DNA of 62,894 nucleotides, filler included. It is 9 parts of 9 records of this genome, joined end to end, with 100 filler letters (N's around TTAATTAATTAA, not from the genome) between each part and the next. Parts side by side here need not be neighbours in the genome. Positions count along the whole stretch, not along the records: positions 36,740 to 41,020 come from SRR7504441_3033; positions 41,121 to 44,536 come from SRR7504441_3035; positions 44,637 to 48,141 come from SRR7504441_3037; positions 48,242 to 58,439 come from SRR7504441_3041; 5 more parts are not named here. The stretch is one strand, 5' to 3'. A program made the translations under genes and the position numbers. Each line of letters begins with the position of its first letter. The stretch's first letter is position 1. This document shows, piece after piece, positions 36,740-48,719 of this stretch. The notes beneath the pieces were generated by a model that had not been told where the DNA came from, searched no databases, and saw only the letters and a list, made by a program, of their open reading frames with translations.

Positions 36740-39692
36740 CGTATTCTTCTTCGCGACCTGGACAGTCTTGCGAGGTCTTTTCTTTTGCACTTTCTTTGGC
36801 TTCTGTCCAATAATCAACGGGTTGCTATCCTTAGGTGCTGGGCGAGGAAATAAATCTCTTGAACACTGAGCAATAGGCTGTAAGGCACTGCTGCTGCGAA
36901 GCTCTGGCTCTGGCTCTGGCTCTGGTTGGGCGGCAGGCTGGTTGGCAGCTTGAGCTGTAACATCTAAGCTGCAGTTTCCTTCCTGCAGGCAGCAAAAATC
37001 ATTTTTCAGAGGGCCCCTTGTCCCGAGTACCTCTATGGGCTGGGAACTCGGTACGTCAGCATCTTCAGGCTCGATTTCAAACTCGTCATAGATCTCTTGA
37101 ATCGTGAGTGGTAGGCTGTCTGCAAAAGGCCGTAAAGCTTCAATGATCCAATTGACAAACGCCTCTTGCAGTCCCTGGCAGCATGTTGGGATCACTACAG
37201 TTCAAGCAGTATATGCACCGCACTCTCAAGCTGCTGATCAACATTCAACTTATATTGCGCAAACGAAAGAAGCCTAACTAACATCTGAAGGTCGTCTTCA
37301 GGTAGAGGGTCTTCCCCGACAAGTGCAGCTAGCTGCAGCCGCAGCAAAACCAAAACCTGCACCCCCAAATGTTGACATCTTTAGATAACCAGCTCTACCT
37401 GAAAAGCCCGAAGCTTAAACTCACTGTCAGTGCTTGTATGCGGATGCAACGCATGCTGGACCCTAGCATACAGCTCTGTCTTCAAACTAGCGTGTGGGAC
37501 AGCGCTGCGCTGCAGAGATTCTCCCAAACTAGTAGCGCGCTCCAACACACTGCACGCAGCATCGCAGACAACAGCTTTGAATTCATTTGCTAGCTGCTGC
37601 AATTGCTGTTGCAGGGCATCGCTGTCCTTCTCTGCGCACTGTTCTCCGTGGTCTGAGTCACTTGCTAGATCGTCATCGAAAGGAAGCTCTGCTAAATCGT
37701 CAGCATTTCGGTTCGGGTGTGGCGAGAAGCAGGCTGATAAGCCTTTCTCATCAAGAGCTTCATCCATGACCGCTCGCAGCTGCAACAGCACAGTCAATAT
37801 ACCGACCCTAACATGCTTCCGGCAGCACACCCGGTTGGCTTCTATTTGAGAGGACTCTAACTCCTTCACAAGCTCTGCTCCCGGTGACTTCATGAGCCCC
37901 CAGTTCACCCCATAATCTATATTAGCTTCCAGAGCCGAAGCAAGCACAGCCGCGACACCACTCCCAATTACAGCAGCCTGGCACTGCACCGCAATTTCAC
38001 TCGCGCCCACGAGCTTCCACGTAGTCCACGTAGTCAATACTGCCAGCTGCCCGGTGATGGGTTCGAGTGTCGCGCCTAGAACCCTATCGGCTGGTCCGGA
38101 GCGGGCCCGCTTCCCGTTCTTCCGCGCGACAAACTTGACCTCAGCACAGAGCCGACAGCAGATCATCTTTTGCAGCAGACCACCAAACTGGCAGCCTGCT
38201 GGGTCCACAGCAGTGCATAGCCAGGACCCAGTCTGGCCCGAGTCAGCAGGGAGAGAAGCTCGGGTCCGCAGAGCCACCAGCTCGATCTCGTTTGAGCGAC
38301 TGTCCAGCTGAGGTGAGCCCGGATCGAGCACTGCCAGCTGTATTTCCCCGAAGCTGAACCTCCCAGATGGAGCAGCCGGCGGTGGAGGGTCGGCGGGCAG
38401 GCTGGGTGAGGCCTCTGGCTGCTCAGACACCTGGTGAGTGTTCACTGGGTGGACCATGTCGAGCACGATCGTAGCCAGAGTCTCGGAGTCGGCGCCTCTA
38501 TTGTCTCTGCACACCTGTTGGCCACCACTGGCCTCAATGGCCGCCGGTCGGAGCAGCTCACCTGCATTACAGCCTCCCGTTCGAACCCCATATCGCACAT
38601 GCTGGCGATCACAGCCAGCTCCGCCTTGTTGAACTGCCACCAGCCACAGTCAGTCCAGCGCAGTCCGAGCAGCCCACCTCCGCCACCTTCGCCCCGCTCC
38701 GCAAGCTCTTGCCACCTCGCGGGCTTGCCACATTCACACTGGCTTGCAGGTCCTTCACCCGCTTCCTCTTTGTCGCTTTCCGGCCAGAGGGCCCTCCCGT
38801 GCTGTTGGCCGCACGCCGATGCCTTTGTGTGTCCAGAGGCGTGTCAGTCCGACTCGGCGGCCCGGAGACCGCCCCTGCGGCGGCTGCCAGCACGGCGCCC
38901 CGCCAGCACGTGTCTGGGCTCTCCGGCCGGCCGCTCAGAAGAGCCGACAGCAGCACTCCAAACGGGACCTGACGACCCGTCAGCTGCGGCACGGGCTGGC
39001 GCGCGCACCCTCGAGCGTGGGTCTGCCAGCACTGAGAGCGGGGCCCGGGAGGCGCGCTGCTTGCCGAAAGCGAGCGGCAGCTCGACGGAGCCGACTGGCA
39101 GCTCGGCCGTGTCGACCAGCAGATACTGCACCCTGTGCTGCTGCTTGCAGCACCCGAACAGGTCGCCGGACTGAGCGGTCGGGCCGGTGCCCGGCTGGGC
39201 GCCGAAGCTGCCGATCAGGAAGATGGCCACTAGCCCGGGTGCCTGACTGGACCGTCCGAGCTCGAGGTGCCGCACGCTCCGAGCCAGGTTAGTCAAGCTG
39301 TCCAGCAGCTGGGCCGAGTCCAGCCCGACCGCCCCGCCATCCCCGCCCCCCGCCGGCTGACCGGGGGCGCTCGGTCCGGGCCGGTCCGGCCGGGCCAGCT
39401 GGTGCAGGTCGGATTCAAACTCGCCCAGACTCGCCGCGTTGAGCCAGCGGCTGCGGATCTGGCCCGGAAGCCCCCCAGGGACCAGGAAGCTGTAGCCCCA
39501 CTGCCTGCTGCGCGCGGCGGTCTCGCCCAGTACGAGCGCCACCAGCGCCGTGAGCCGGTCGACCTGCCGCCGCTCCGCCGCCGGCCGCGGGGCGCGCACC
39601 TGAGCTTCCGGCCAGTGGGAGCCCGGGCTCTGGATCAGGAAGAACGGGTAGTCGATCCCAACCGTCCTCCCCCCGGCAGCCGCCCGCGGCAT
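36740..39692 (-). CDS. Treslin/TICRR/Sld3-like replication initiation factor (3' truncated)
   Basis: Spliced FKLRAFQ|VLVLLRLQL...LVRLLSF...|GLQEAFVNWIIEALRPFADSLPLTIQEIYDEF resembles the Sld3/Treslin domain. N-terminal QWGYSFL...LGEFESDL resembles the Treslin N-domain. Confidence 0.55.
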
Positions 39693-39783
39693 CTCGGCCC
39701 CGCAAGCCTCACGACAGACAGCAGCAGTGCTGTCGCTTGGCGCTTCGAACCTGGCGATCAAAAGGCAGCCCGCAGGGACAAAC

Positions 39784-40553
39784 ATGGGGTATGACAAGAT
39801 CGAGACCCGGGTGCTTCTGGCTGGGAACGGGCTGGCGGCAGTGCTCTGCGCGGTGGCCCTCTGCGGGGTGTACGGCACGATGATCGACTGGAGCTACGTC
39901 TCGGCCTCGCCCACCGCTTCGGCGAGCCAGCGGCTGGCGCGGCGACTGACCGCGGTGCACAGGTGGATAGCAAGGTGGTGCATGCTGGAAGTGGGCAGGT
40001 GCGCTTCGGGCTTCTGGAGGTGAAGGCGGCGTTTGAGTTCAACCATGGCTCGCACGGGCCCCAGCTCGATCAGAGCATCGACTGGACTTCGTACAAGGAC
40101 GTGCTGGAGCTGGTCGAGGGCTCGCACCCGCCCGACGGGCTCTTGGCCGACCTCAAGGAGGCCCTGGAGGACTGCGACCACTTCGGCAAAGTCTCGCTGG
40201 CGTTCAGCGCGGCCACGCTGGGCTGCGCAGTGCTAGGGTTGGTTTCGCTGTTCACGTCTTGTGCGCTCGGTGTTTTCAGCACAGGGGCGGCAGCGTTGTG
40301 CAGCATGGCCTCGTGGGCATGCTGGATCAAGCCGCATGCTTCGATCGGCACAGCGGTGGACGACATGGGTTCCCTGACGGATTTTAAGGGTGTGGACTTG
40401 GGATTGCTTACAGTCCCGAGCAGTGGCTTTTGGTGCATGGTGGTCGCTACGATCTCTTTGCTGCTAGCTCTAGCCACAATATACTTGCGGTCGAGAACCA
40501 AGGCCTCTCCAGAGTCGCTGTCCTCGCTTTACGAGCGGATGACCAACGCTTGA
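39784..40553 (+). CDS. Four-TM claudin-like membrane protein
   Basis: TM1, an extracellular loop with W and FGL, three further TMs with GFW before TM4. One intron at about 39898-39962. Confidence 0.5.
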
Positions 40554-40802
40554 TCAACTCATAGATAATCATACATGCGAACTATACCGTACGAGTATGA
40601 CTACGTACGTATGCATTTAATAATGTTACAATCATGTAATGTACATTGGAGAATTACATGATGTTGACCTACATTGGTGTCGATGTACGCAGTGTCGTTG
40701 TCTGTGCTGGCTGACAGTCGCGGGAACACGACCCAGACGGGTCTTGTCGAAGCCGGCGACCTGCCGCCGCTCCGCCGCCGCCACGGGGCGCGCACCTGAG
40801 CT

Positions 40803-41020
40803 TCACTGCTCCCCCGGCATCTTGATGTCGAATCCCGACGGCGGCGGCGGCGCCGGCGGCGGTGGTCCGGGGATGACGGTGCCCCCGCAGGTCACGCCCG
40901 GGCCGGGAATGCAGTTGGCACGGATATCCTGGGCGTTGGGCGCCTGCCACGGCCCGGGTCAGCGGGGGCAATTGAAGGGAGGCGGGGGCGCGCACCGGGT
41001 AGGACACGCACTGGGAGCGG
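40803..41020 (-). CDS. 3' end of an unknown gene (Pro-rich tail)
   Basis: APNAQDIRANCIPGPGVTCGGTVIPGPPPPAPPPPSGFDIKMPGEQ* follows a likely intron; cut by the gap. Confidence 0.35.
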
Positions 41021-41120
41021 NNNNNNNNNNNNNNNNNNNNNNNNNNNNNNNNNNNNNNNNNNNNTTAATTAATTAANNNNNNNNNNNNNNNNNNNNNNNN
41101 NNNNNNNNNNNNNNNNNNNN
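41021..41120. other. Artificial contig linker
   Basis: N-TTAATTAATTAA-N, 100 nt. Confidence 0.98.
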
Positions 41121-41190
41121 CGACTTTCTAATAAATGTACTTATATATATTGTACTAGGGGAGCAATTAATCAAGAGAGCATAATCAGTT

Positions 41191-42505
41191 TTAAAGGGGC
41201 ACTTCTATCAGCACAGGGGCCAACTCCTCTGAATCGACATCAATGTCCTCAGAATTCATGTTATCACCGCTAACCATGAGAGCTTGGTTCGGGCTTAGGG
41301 TGAAGCAAACTGCTCCAGACCGTGCACAAGCTCCCGGCGGGGTAGGCATTTGCCCAAATTTGCGAGTTGTGGTGTCGAGCGTGATTATGCTCTCATAACA
41401 TTCATGCACGTTATTGACGCCGCCCCAAGTAACGATGCTCCGCCCAATTCGCGTGTAGGATGCACATCGAACAGCTGGCAGTGTCACATCATGCCAGAAC
41501 TCTGAGATCCACTCAACACAGGGGCTATCCTTATCCAACCGAAGGACGTCAACAGTTGTCTGGTGGGCATCGCCCATAACAGACCGGGACGCTCCGCTCG
41601 CGAACATAACCAGATCGGGTCCGATCAGCACCGAGCCGTGGCCTGCCCTGCCTCCCACACACCGTGGAACGCCGCTCACTTGCAGCTCCGACCAACGACC
41701 CTGGCTGTGCCCGTTGCAGCTCAATTCAAGCAGCGCCATGTCGTCCCGGCAGCAGCCGGGCCCGAGCCCTCCATACACCAGCAGCCTGCCCGGAGCAAAC
41801 GCCGTGGAGCTATGGAATGCCCGCCCAACCGGGGCCGTCCCTTCGACCGCAGGCAGCTCCCACCGGTACGCGCCACCCTGCGCGGCCGGCGGTACGAGTA
41901 TCCACGGGTCCATACTGACTTCAGCGTCGCCCCACCCGCCTAGCAGAACCCCCACCTCCCCACCGGCCGAGTCGCAATTGGTCAGCGTGTGCCCGCGCCG
42001 GGCCTCCGGCATGCCAGTCAGTGGATCCGTGGCGCTGACGGGTGGGTACCGGGCATTCAGGGCGTCGTGCCCGTCACTCTTCGACAGCTCAAGCTCGATG
42101 AGGTCATCCAGGAACGGCCCGTAATTCCCGGCGAGCGATCCACCGTAGACCAGGCACCGGCCCGCGAGCACGCACCCCGCAGCGCTGCCCCGTAGAAGAT
42201 GACCAGCCGCCGGGCCGCTCGCCTGTATTGACCGCCAGCTCAGTCCCTCGAGGGTGGTCAGCCGACGGCAGATAGCCGGGCCCGGTTTGCGCCCGGTGTA
42301 GCCCAGCTCGCGCAGCGCGGGCTGCCAGATGCGCCCGGAAGACGGACCTGATGCGCCCGTGAGAGCCAGCCAGCCAGCATCTGGCACCGGTGAGGACAAC
42401 CTCTCTGAGCTTCCAGCACGAGCCAGCCAGCCGCCCGAGATCCCGAACTGTCCTGACCGCCAGCAGAACGGCCAGGCGGGCGTCGTCCTCCAACACAGTC
42501 AACAT
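41191..42505 (-). CDS. F-box/kelch-repeat protein
   Basis: F-box LEDDARLAVLL...DLGRLAGSCWKLR, spliced (~42348-42387) to kelch repeats RRGHT...LLGG, RAFHS...VYGG and RAGHG. Confidence 0.8.
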
Positions 42506-42601
42506 GGCTCCGGCGACCTGGCGATACAGGTGTCAACGACTGCCGTTGTTTTCAGTTAGACTCCTACCGGTCTTATTCTGGTGGGCGCCTGGCAGCAGGA
42601 G

Positions 42602-43170
42602 ATGCCCACCTCCAGGTCCGGCAAGCCGCCGGGCGAGCGGGAATCGCGCGAGCAGCGGTCGGTGCGCAGTTCGAGCAAATCTGTCAGATCCAGCCGCAAG
42701 TCGCTCCGCTCCACCCGCCGGTCGCTGAGCTCCAACCAGACCGGCCGTGCCAGCCAGCAGATCGAGGAGGACCCCGAGGTGGTAAAGGCCGAGGCCCTGG
42801 CCAAGCAGCTGTGGAAAGAGGGCGAGACGCGCGGGGCCCGTGTGGCCGAGGAGGCGGCCAAGATGCTCCGGCTGCTCCGCAAGACCGGCAACGTGCTGCC
42901 GAGGCACCTGGTCTGCTCTCTGCCCCCGTGTGTACCTGCAGCCCGACCGAACCAGCCGATGGCGGTGTAGCGTGCTGGCAGCAGTGAGGCGCGTGGCATG
43001 GAAGTCAGGGCTGGCAGTTTACGGCGCGTGTCTGGGTGGGGATGTGTAATGTACAGTGCTGCTGAGGGTGGGTCGGCAATTGATGTGAGGGCAATTGCGG
43101 TCAGGTTGTCAGTTGGCTTTGGGCCTGGCCATTCTGTGCTGCTCTTTTTCCATGGGGGGTGAGTTCTTGT
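42602..43170 (+). CDS. 5' part of an unknown gene that runs into the antisense CobW gene
   Basis: Coding-like MPTSRSGKPP...EEDPEVVKAEALAKQLWKEG, head-to-head with the F-box gene. Possible RCC1-like fragments VSGWG and GPGHSVLL downstream. Confidence 0.4.
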
Positions 43171-43179
43171 GTGTAGTTT

Positions 43180-44536
43180 GGTGTAGGCAGCCAATTCGCT
43201 GTCGGTCACAAGGCACGATTCTAGTGCTGCTTTCATGGCATCATGGTCCATGTCTTGGCCAATGACGACGAGCTCAATGCGACGATCGCCCCATGGCTCC
43301 TCCCAATGTGGTGGCTTTTCGACCTGTGCCTTTGCTGCTGGTTGACTTGCGTCCTTACTCATGCTTGACTTGCGTCTATCTGACTTGTTCTCTGCGTGTC
43401 TTTTTTGCGCGCGCCCAATCATTTTGGCATGCACTTGCTGCTGGAACTGCTTTATCTCAAGCTGCGAAACTGTGCCATCAGTGGCCCACAAAATATTGCT
43501 TTCGGTCACAGTGCATTGGATAGCTCTTGTCTTGCCGATGTAGAATTGCGACCCAATCCTCTCATACTCAAAGCCACACGCCTTCAGTGCCATCTGGAAG
43601 TTGTTGCAGGGCTCCTGAAGTGCAGTAGCAACCTCAAAGTGGACCGATTGCTTCAACAAAGATGCATCCCAGGGATCCCCCCAGGTCACAGCGAACGTAT
43701 GGCCAGCCAGTGACCCATGGCCTTTTACCCAGTGGCTCTGCAGGTCCCAGTGGCTTGCAAACCAGACCAGTCCCTTTGCACGTACGACGCGTAGCGCAGC
43801 TTTGTGACCAGCCTCGGACAGCCATGGCACGGACGGTGCAGCGCACTCCTTCTGCTGCGTATCGAGTTTGGGTTGTTGAACGACAAGCTCTGCATGCGTT
43901 TCCATGATCTGAGCGAGTTTGGTGAAGCGTGCCTGGTGGAAAGGGCGCCGGCTGCGGAAGGTAATGGACGAGATACCATACTCAACCGTCTCGGGGATAT
44001 GCTCTCCAACGCGAGCCTCCTTCAGCCAATCAGGATGCTGCTCTGCTCGGGACAGCTCGAACAAGCCTGTGCCAAGCATCCGCTGTGGTTCTACACAGCC
44101 CCAGGTTGCTTCGATGAGCTCAGCAGTGGGATTGAATTTCTTGATGATAGTTCGGAGCCTCTGGCGCCCTGTGTCGTCCATCAAGTCCATCTTGTTCATG
44201 ACAATAACGTTGGCAAACTCTAGCTGGTCACAGAAGAGTTGCGCCACAGTCCGCTCGTCCTTCTCACTGGTTTGCCAACCACGGCTCTTGAGCACATCCG
44301 CTGCATACAGCTCGTCGAGGAATGAGGAACCGTCAACCACCGTCACTAGTGTATCGAGCCGCACGACATCACCGAGCGAAGTGCCAGTCTTATCCCTGAA
44401 AGTGAAGGTTTCCGCAACAGGCAGCGGCTCAGAGATGCCACTGCTCTCGATCAGAATGTGGTCAATGCCGCCTGGCTGCATCGCAAGCTTGGCGAGCTCG
44501 ACGAACAGGTCCTCGCGCAGGGTGCAGCAGATGCAG
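43180..44536 (-). CDS. COG0523/CobW-family (G3E) metal-chaperone GTPase, 5' truncated
   Basis: CICCTLREDL, ILIESSGISEPLPVAETF, DQLEFANVIVMNKMD, RRPFHQARF, VVRAKG and WGDRRIELVVIG. No proper stop follows the domain, so the 3' coordinate is approximate. Confidence 0.88.
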
Positions 44537-44636
44537 NNNNNNNNNNNNNNNNNNNNNNNNNNNNNNNNNNNNNNNNNNNNTTAATTAATTAANNNNNNNN
44601 NNNNNNNNNNNNNNNNNNNNNNNNNNNNNNNNNNNN
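44537..44636. other. Artificial contig linker
   Basis: N-TTAATTAATTAA-N, 100 nt. Confidence 0.98.
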
Positions 44637-46547
44637 GGCTCTGGCTCCGGCTCTGGCTCCGGCTCCTCCATCACAACAGGCTGCGGCGGGGAGATAGGAA
44701 TCTGTGCACACACAGCTGTCAGGGCGCGGCCTGGCAAGGGAGCGCACGTCGCCCCATCCGGTCAAAATCACACGGTACTCGGTGATCTCCTCCTGGAGAG
44801 AAATCCAGTCGGCGTTGAGCTTCTCCCTCTGGAGCTCCTCCACCTTCTTCTGCAGGTCGTTTATCTTGTCGTCCTTGTTCACCAGGTCGCCCAGCTGCCC
44901 GTCCTCCGAAGTCCGGTAGCCTGCCATCGCTGCCTCGCACGCACGGAGAGCCTTGGCCACGTCTTTCTCGGCCTTGGCGCGCTTCGCCTTGACCGCGTCG
45001 ATGTCCTCGAGGTATCCCTCGAGCACTGGCTTCTCGTTGGCCACCGCCGAGCGCAGTCGTTCGTACTCTATCATCAGCTCGAGCTCCCTGCTCCCTCCCC
45101 CTCACAGGCTGTCGGCCATCACAGGCTCTCACCGGGCGCGCAGAGGGATCAGCTGGTCCTCCAGGTCCTTGAGTTGGGCCTGCAGCTCGGCCACCCGCCG
45201 CATCTTCTCCCCGTGGTCGCCGTCCGCGTTCTTGGCGTCTATCAGCTGCTCTATCACCATCTTGAGCGCCTTGATCTCAGCATCCAGGTCGTCCCTCTCA
45301 GTTGTCACCTGCCCACGATCCAGCCCGCCAACGGCAGCCGGCCACCTCGGCCAGCTCGTCCTTGACGGCCAGCTCCTCCTTGCGCGCGGCGGCCTCGCCT
45401 TGGATCAGCTCTGCCAGCCGGTCGCTCTTGGCATTCCATTCCTCGCTGTTGTCCGCATCGATTTGCGCCTCCCGCTGGGCCAAGGCCTCGGAGAACTCCT
45501 TGCGCAGCAGCGCCCGGAGCGCGGCGATCTGCTCGGCCCCGGCGATGTTCCAGTTGGCGGTCGGGTCCAGTCCGTGCTCCCGCATCCAGAGCTCGTACGC
45601 AGCCTGGTCTTGACTGCAGCGAGCACCAATCAGCCGGCAAGCCCGGCGGGCGGGCGCACCGGAAGTACTCGGTCTCCTCTTCGATCTTGACGTTGAGCCC
45701 CGGCAGCTGGCCGTTCATCATCTCGCATTCCTCGCCCTTCTGAACCGCCTTCCTGTGCATGTCGACAACGCCAGCTTCGAGCGAGCCGATTTCCCGTCTT
45801 AAATCGTCGCCCTGCTTAATCGCTGCCGCCAGAGCCTCGCGCAGGTCCTCCTCCTCCTCCTTCACCCGCCGCCGCTTCTCTACCATGTCAGTCCGCTCGG
45901 CCTCGGCCTGACCGCACGCTCGCCAGAGCCGGGACTGATCGCCGCACCTTGGGCCGCTTGGCTGCCACGTCCTTGGCCTCCTTCTGCAGCATGGCCAGCC
46001 GCTCCTTGAGCTCCTGGACCATCGAGAGGATCCTGGCCCCCAGATCCCGCCCTCCGGCCAAGCACTCTGGCTACCCGGCCTTGTCGGCTGCCACTGCGTC
46101 GATCTTGTCTTGGATGTCGTTGTTCTCGACCTGAGTGGCGGCGGTGCGCTCGTTCACGTCGAGCTCCACCTTGTCTGCCGCCCCCGTCATCTAGCCGCTT
46201 GAATCTAGCCGGCGCTCACCGAGGATCCTCTGCTTCGTCTCCTCGATCTGCTCGGCTAGGAGCCGGAGATCCTGCCAGCCGGGCTCGAGCCGGCCAGGCC
46301 GGGCGGCGGCACCTTGCAGAACTTAATCCGCATCTCGAGCGTGTAGTTGTTGACGTCCATGTCCCGCTTATCCTCGTACCTGACCGCGTCGCTCAGCCCC
46401 GCCCGCCCCGGCTGCCCACCGGGTGATGGTGCGGCTCTTGAGGGCCGGGGACGGGGTGCGCCCACGGCGCGCGCTTCCTGGCAGCCCAGGGGCTCTGCGC
46501 GGCACAGCGGCGAGCCGGGGGGGAGGGGCACCTCCATCTTTGGGCAT
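44637..46547 (-). CDS. Lamin-like intermediate filament protein (nine short introns; tail truncated)
   Basis: Spliced head/coil 1A RTPSPALKSRTITR|YEDKRDMDVNNYTLEMRI. Coil 1B IDAVAADKAGI...KIEEETEYFR. Rod end ISLQEEITEYRVILTGWGD|IPISPP. Confidence 0.7.
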
Positions 46548-46640
46548 GTTCAAAGCGGCACAGCGGAGCGGGGCGGGCTGTTCAAGTGCAGCTCGGCAAC
46601 GGCCAAACCGTCAACGTCAGTTGCAGGGCTGCAGCAAACT

Positions 46641-47785
46641 ATGGCCTTCTCAGCGGCAAAGACGTACGAAGACATTGCGCTGGCCGCCGATCAGGCCGAC
46701 CAGAGCTTCGGGCGCAGCCTGGACGCCTGGAAGTCGCGCTGCCGCCGGCTGGGCGACTTTGACTCGCTGCGGACCGACGCTCGGGCCACCGAGTACCTGG
46801 ACATCTTGAACGAGCTCGCGCTGCAGGAGACCGCCTGGGGCAGCTTCGTGAGCCAGGCCGTCCTCCGACGCGACCCGCAGGAGCTCCATGAGGCAACCTC
46901 CGCTGGCAAGGTGCCGCCAGGCCGCTGGGCCGGTCGACCGCGGGGCAGGAATGGGACGCGCGGGTGGCAAACGCGCTGCGCTGGTGCGGCGAGGTCGGGA
47001 TCACTGCGGAGGATAGCGAGCAGAACAAGATTCTGGTGCGGTCGGCCCGGCGGCCGGCCCGAGCTTCGAGTGCAGGCCCGGACGCTCCCAGCCTGGCGGC
47101 GGGCCTTTCTGGCCGGATCGTACCATGATCGCGAACTGGCCGCAGCCGCCGAGCGGAGCGCGCTGTACGTGGCCGAGTTCCTCTGGGGCCATCGGGAGCG
47201 GGCGGCGCTCCAGGGTTCTCAGAGGTGCCAGGCGCTCCCGGGCTGGCTGAGTGTAGGGCAGCCACAAGCTGGCAGCCGAGGCCAACGCCCGGCGAGAGAA
47301 CAAGCTGCGGGTGCACCGACTGATGGCGGCCGCCCCCCGGCCCGAGGCCCGAGTTCACCTCCGGCGGGGCGAGTTTGATCCATACTGGGGTGACCCTGAC
47401 ACGCTCGGATCTGCTGGGTTTGCCGCGTACGATGTGGGCGAGGGTGCGCCCTCGTACGCCCGATGGGACTTGTGCTGGCGGGCTCGTGTGGACGACCAGC
47501 TGCGGCACGGCGGGTGCAAGACTGCTTTCCCAGACTTCACCACCGAGGTCTGTTGCCCAGCAGCTCGGGCTGAGAGCTGGGCCAGGTGCTGCTCTCGACG
47601 GAGGACCCCAAGCCGCTCACCGCCCGCTCGCGCGGCTGCCGGGGCTGGCTCGACAACGCGATGCTCAACCGGGGCCGGGCAGTCACCGACAAGCAGCTGG
47701 CCAGCCGGTTCCGAGTGGACCCCGAGAGCCCGACGCCGCACATGCGGCGAGGACCGTTCCCGGTGCTGATCTCGCGCTCCACCTA
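46641..47785 (+). CDS. Multi-exon hypothetical protein
   Basis: Coding-like exons (MAFSAAKTYEDIALA..., FDPYWGDPD..., WLDNAMLNRG...) separated by short GT-AG introns. Confidence 0.5.
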
Positions 47786-48141
47786 AAGCGTTGTTAGGCA
47801 AAAGCTGTTAACTCTAGAGTATTTTAAAAATAAATACAGCTGACTCGGAGTGTGAGTAGTCTGAGTACTGGTACTTCTTTGAGTAGTCCTCGGTGCCGGC
47901 CACTCCCACGCTAGTTCGAATGCTATCAAAACATCAAGCGATCCAAGTCGGTCGCAAGGCCTATGAGACCAACAGGGGCGTGACAATGTTGGACTCGTTT
48001 GACCAGACACTGGGCACTCACGGGAGTTCGTCGAGAAGATCAAGTCGACCGACGACAACATCTCGGCGGTGTTCGCGATCAAGAACGACCTGAACGCTCC
48101 GAACGCTCGTACGCGCGTCGGCGTGGCGGGGGTGGACAGGA

Positions 48142-48241
48142 NNNNNNNNNNNNNNNNNNNNNNNNNNNNNNNNNNNNNNNNNNNNTTAATTAATTAANNN
48201 NNNNNNNNNNNNNNNNNNNNNNNNNNNNNNNNNNNNNNNNN
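48142..48241. other. Artificial contig linker
   Basis: N-TTAATTAATTAA-N, 100 nt. Confidence 0.98.
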
Positions 48242-48719
48242 AGGCGAGGTCGAGGCGGGCTATGGCATCGGGAACCGACTGCTGGATGGGACAGTCACAC
48301 ACAAGCGGGGCACCACCCCAACCGCCGACGAGCAGAGGTCTACGCTGCGGCTTGGAGGCGAGGAGAACATGGAGCCAGTCACTCGAGCCGAATACACACA
48401 AAGCGTGGCTCAGCGGTTGGAAAGTCGGCCATTTTGAGTGCACAAAAGGGGGCGCGGAATCACTGTACATTACCTGTGATGTGGAAGCAGCAGGCCTCCG
48501 CGCGGCGACGCTGCAGCCACTACATTCTTCGCGACCATGATTTGCGTCAATCCTACGGCAGACGTTTGTTGTGCTCAATGGTGCTTCCGATTATTAAAAT
48601 AAAACCATGCAACATTTGCTTCTGCATTTTTATACGGTGTTATATGGAAATCCATATCAAGTTTGGTTGTGTTGGTACTGTCAATTATGAGGATCCAGCT
48701 CCTCACGATCAACCTATAA

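Noticed and set aside
47893-48540. ORF fragments on both sides of the seventh linker
   Set aside because: Too short and truncated to assign; no motif recognised.
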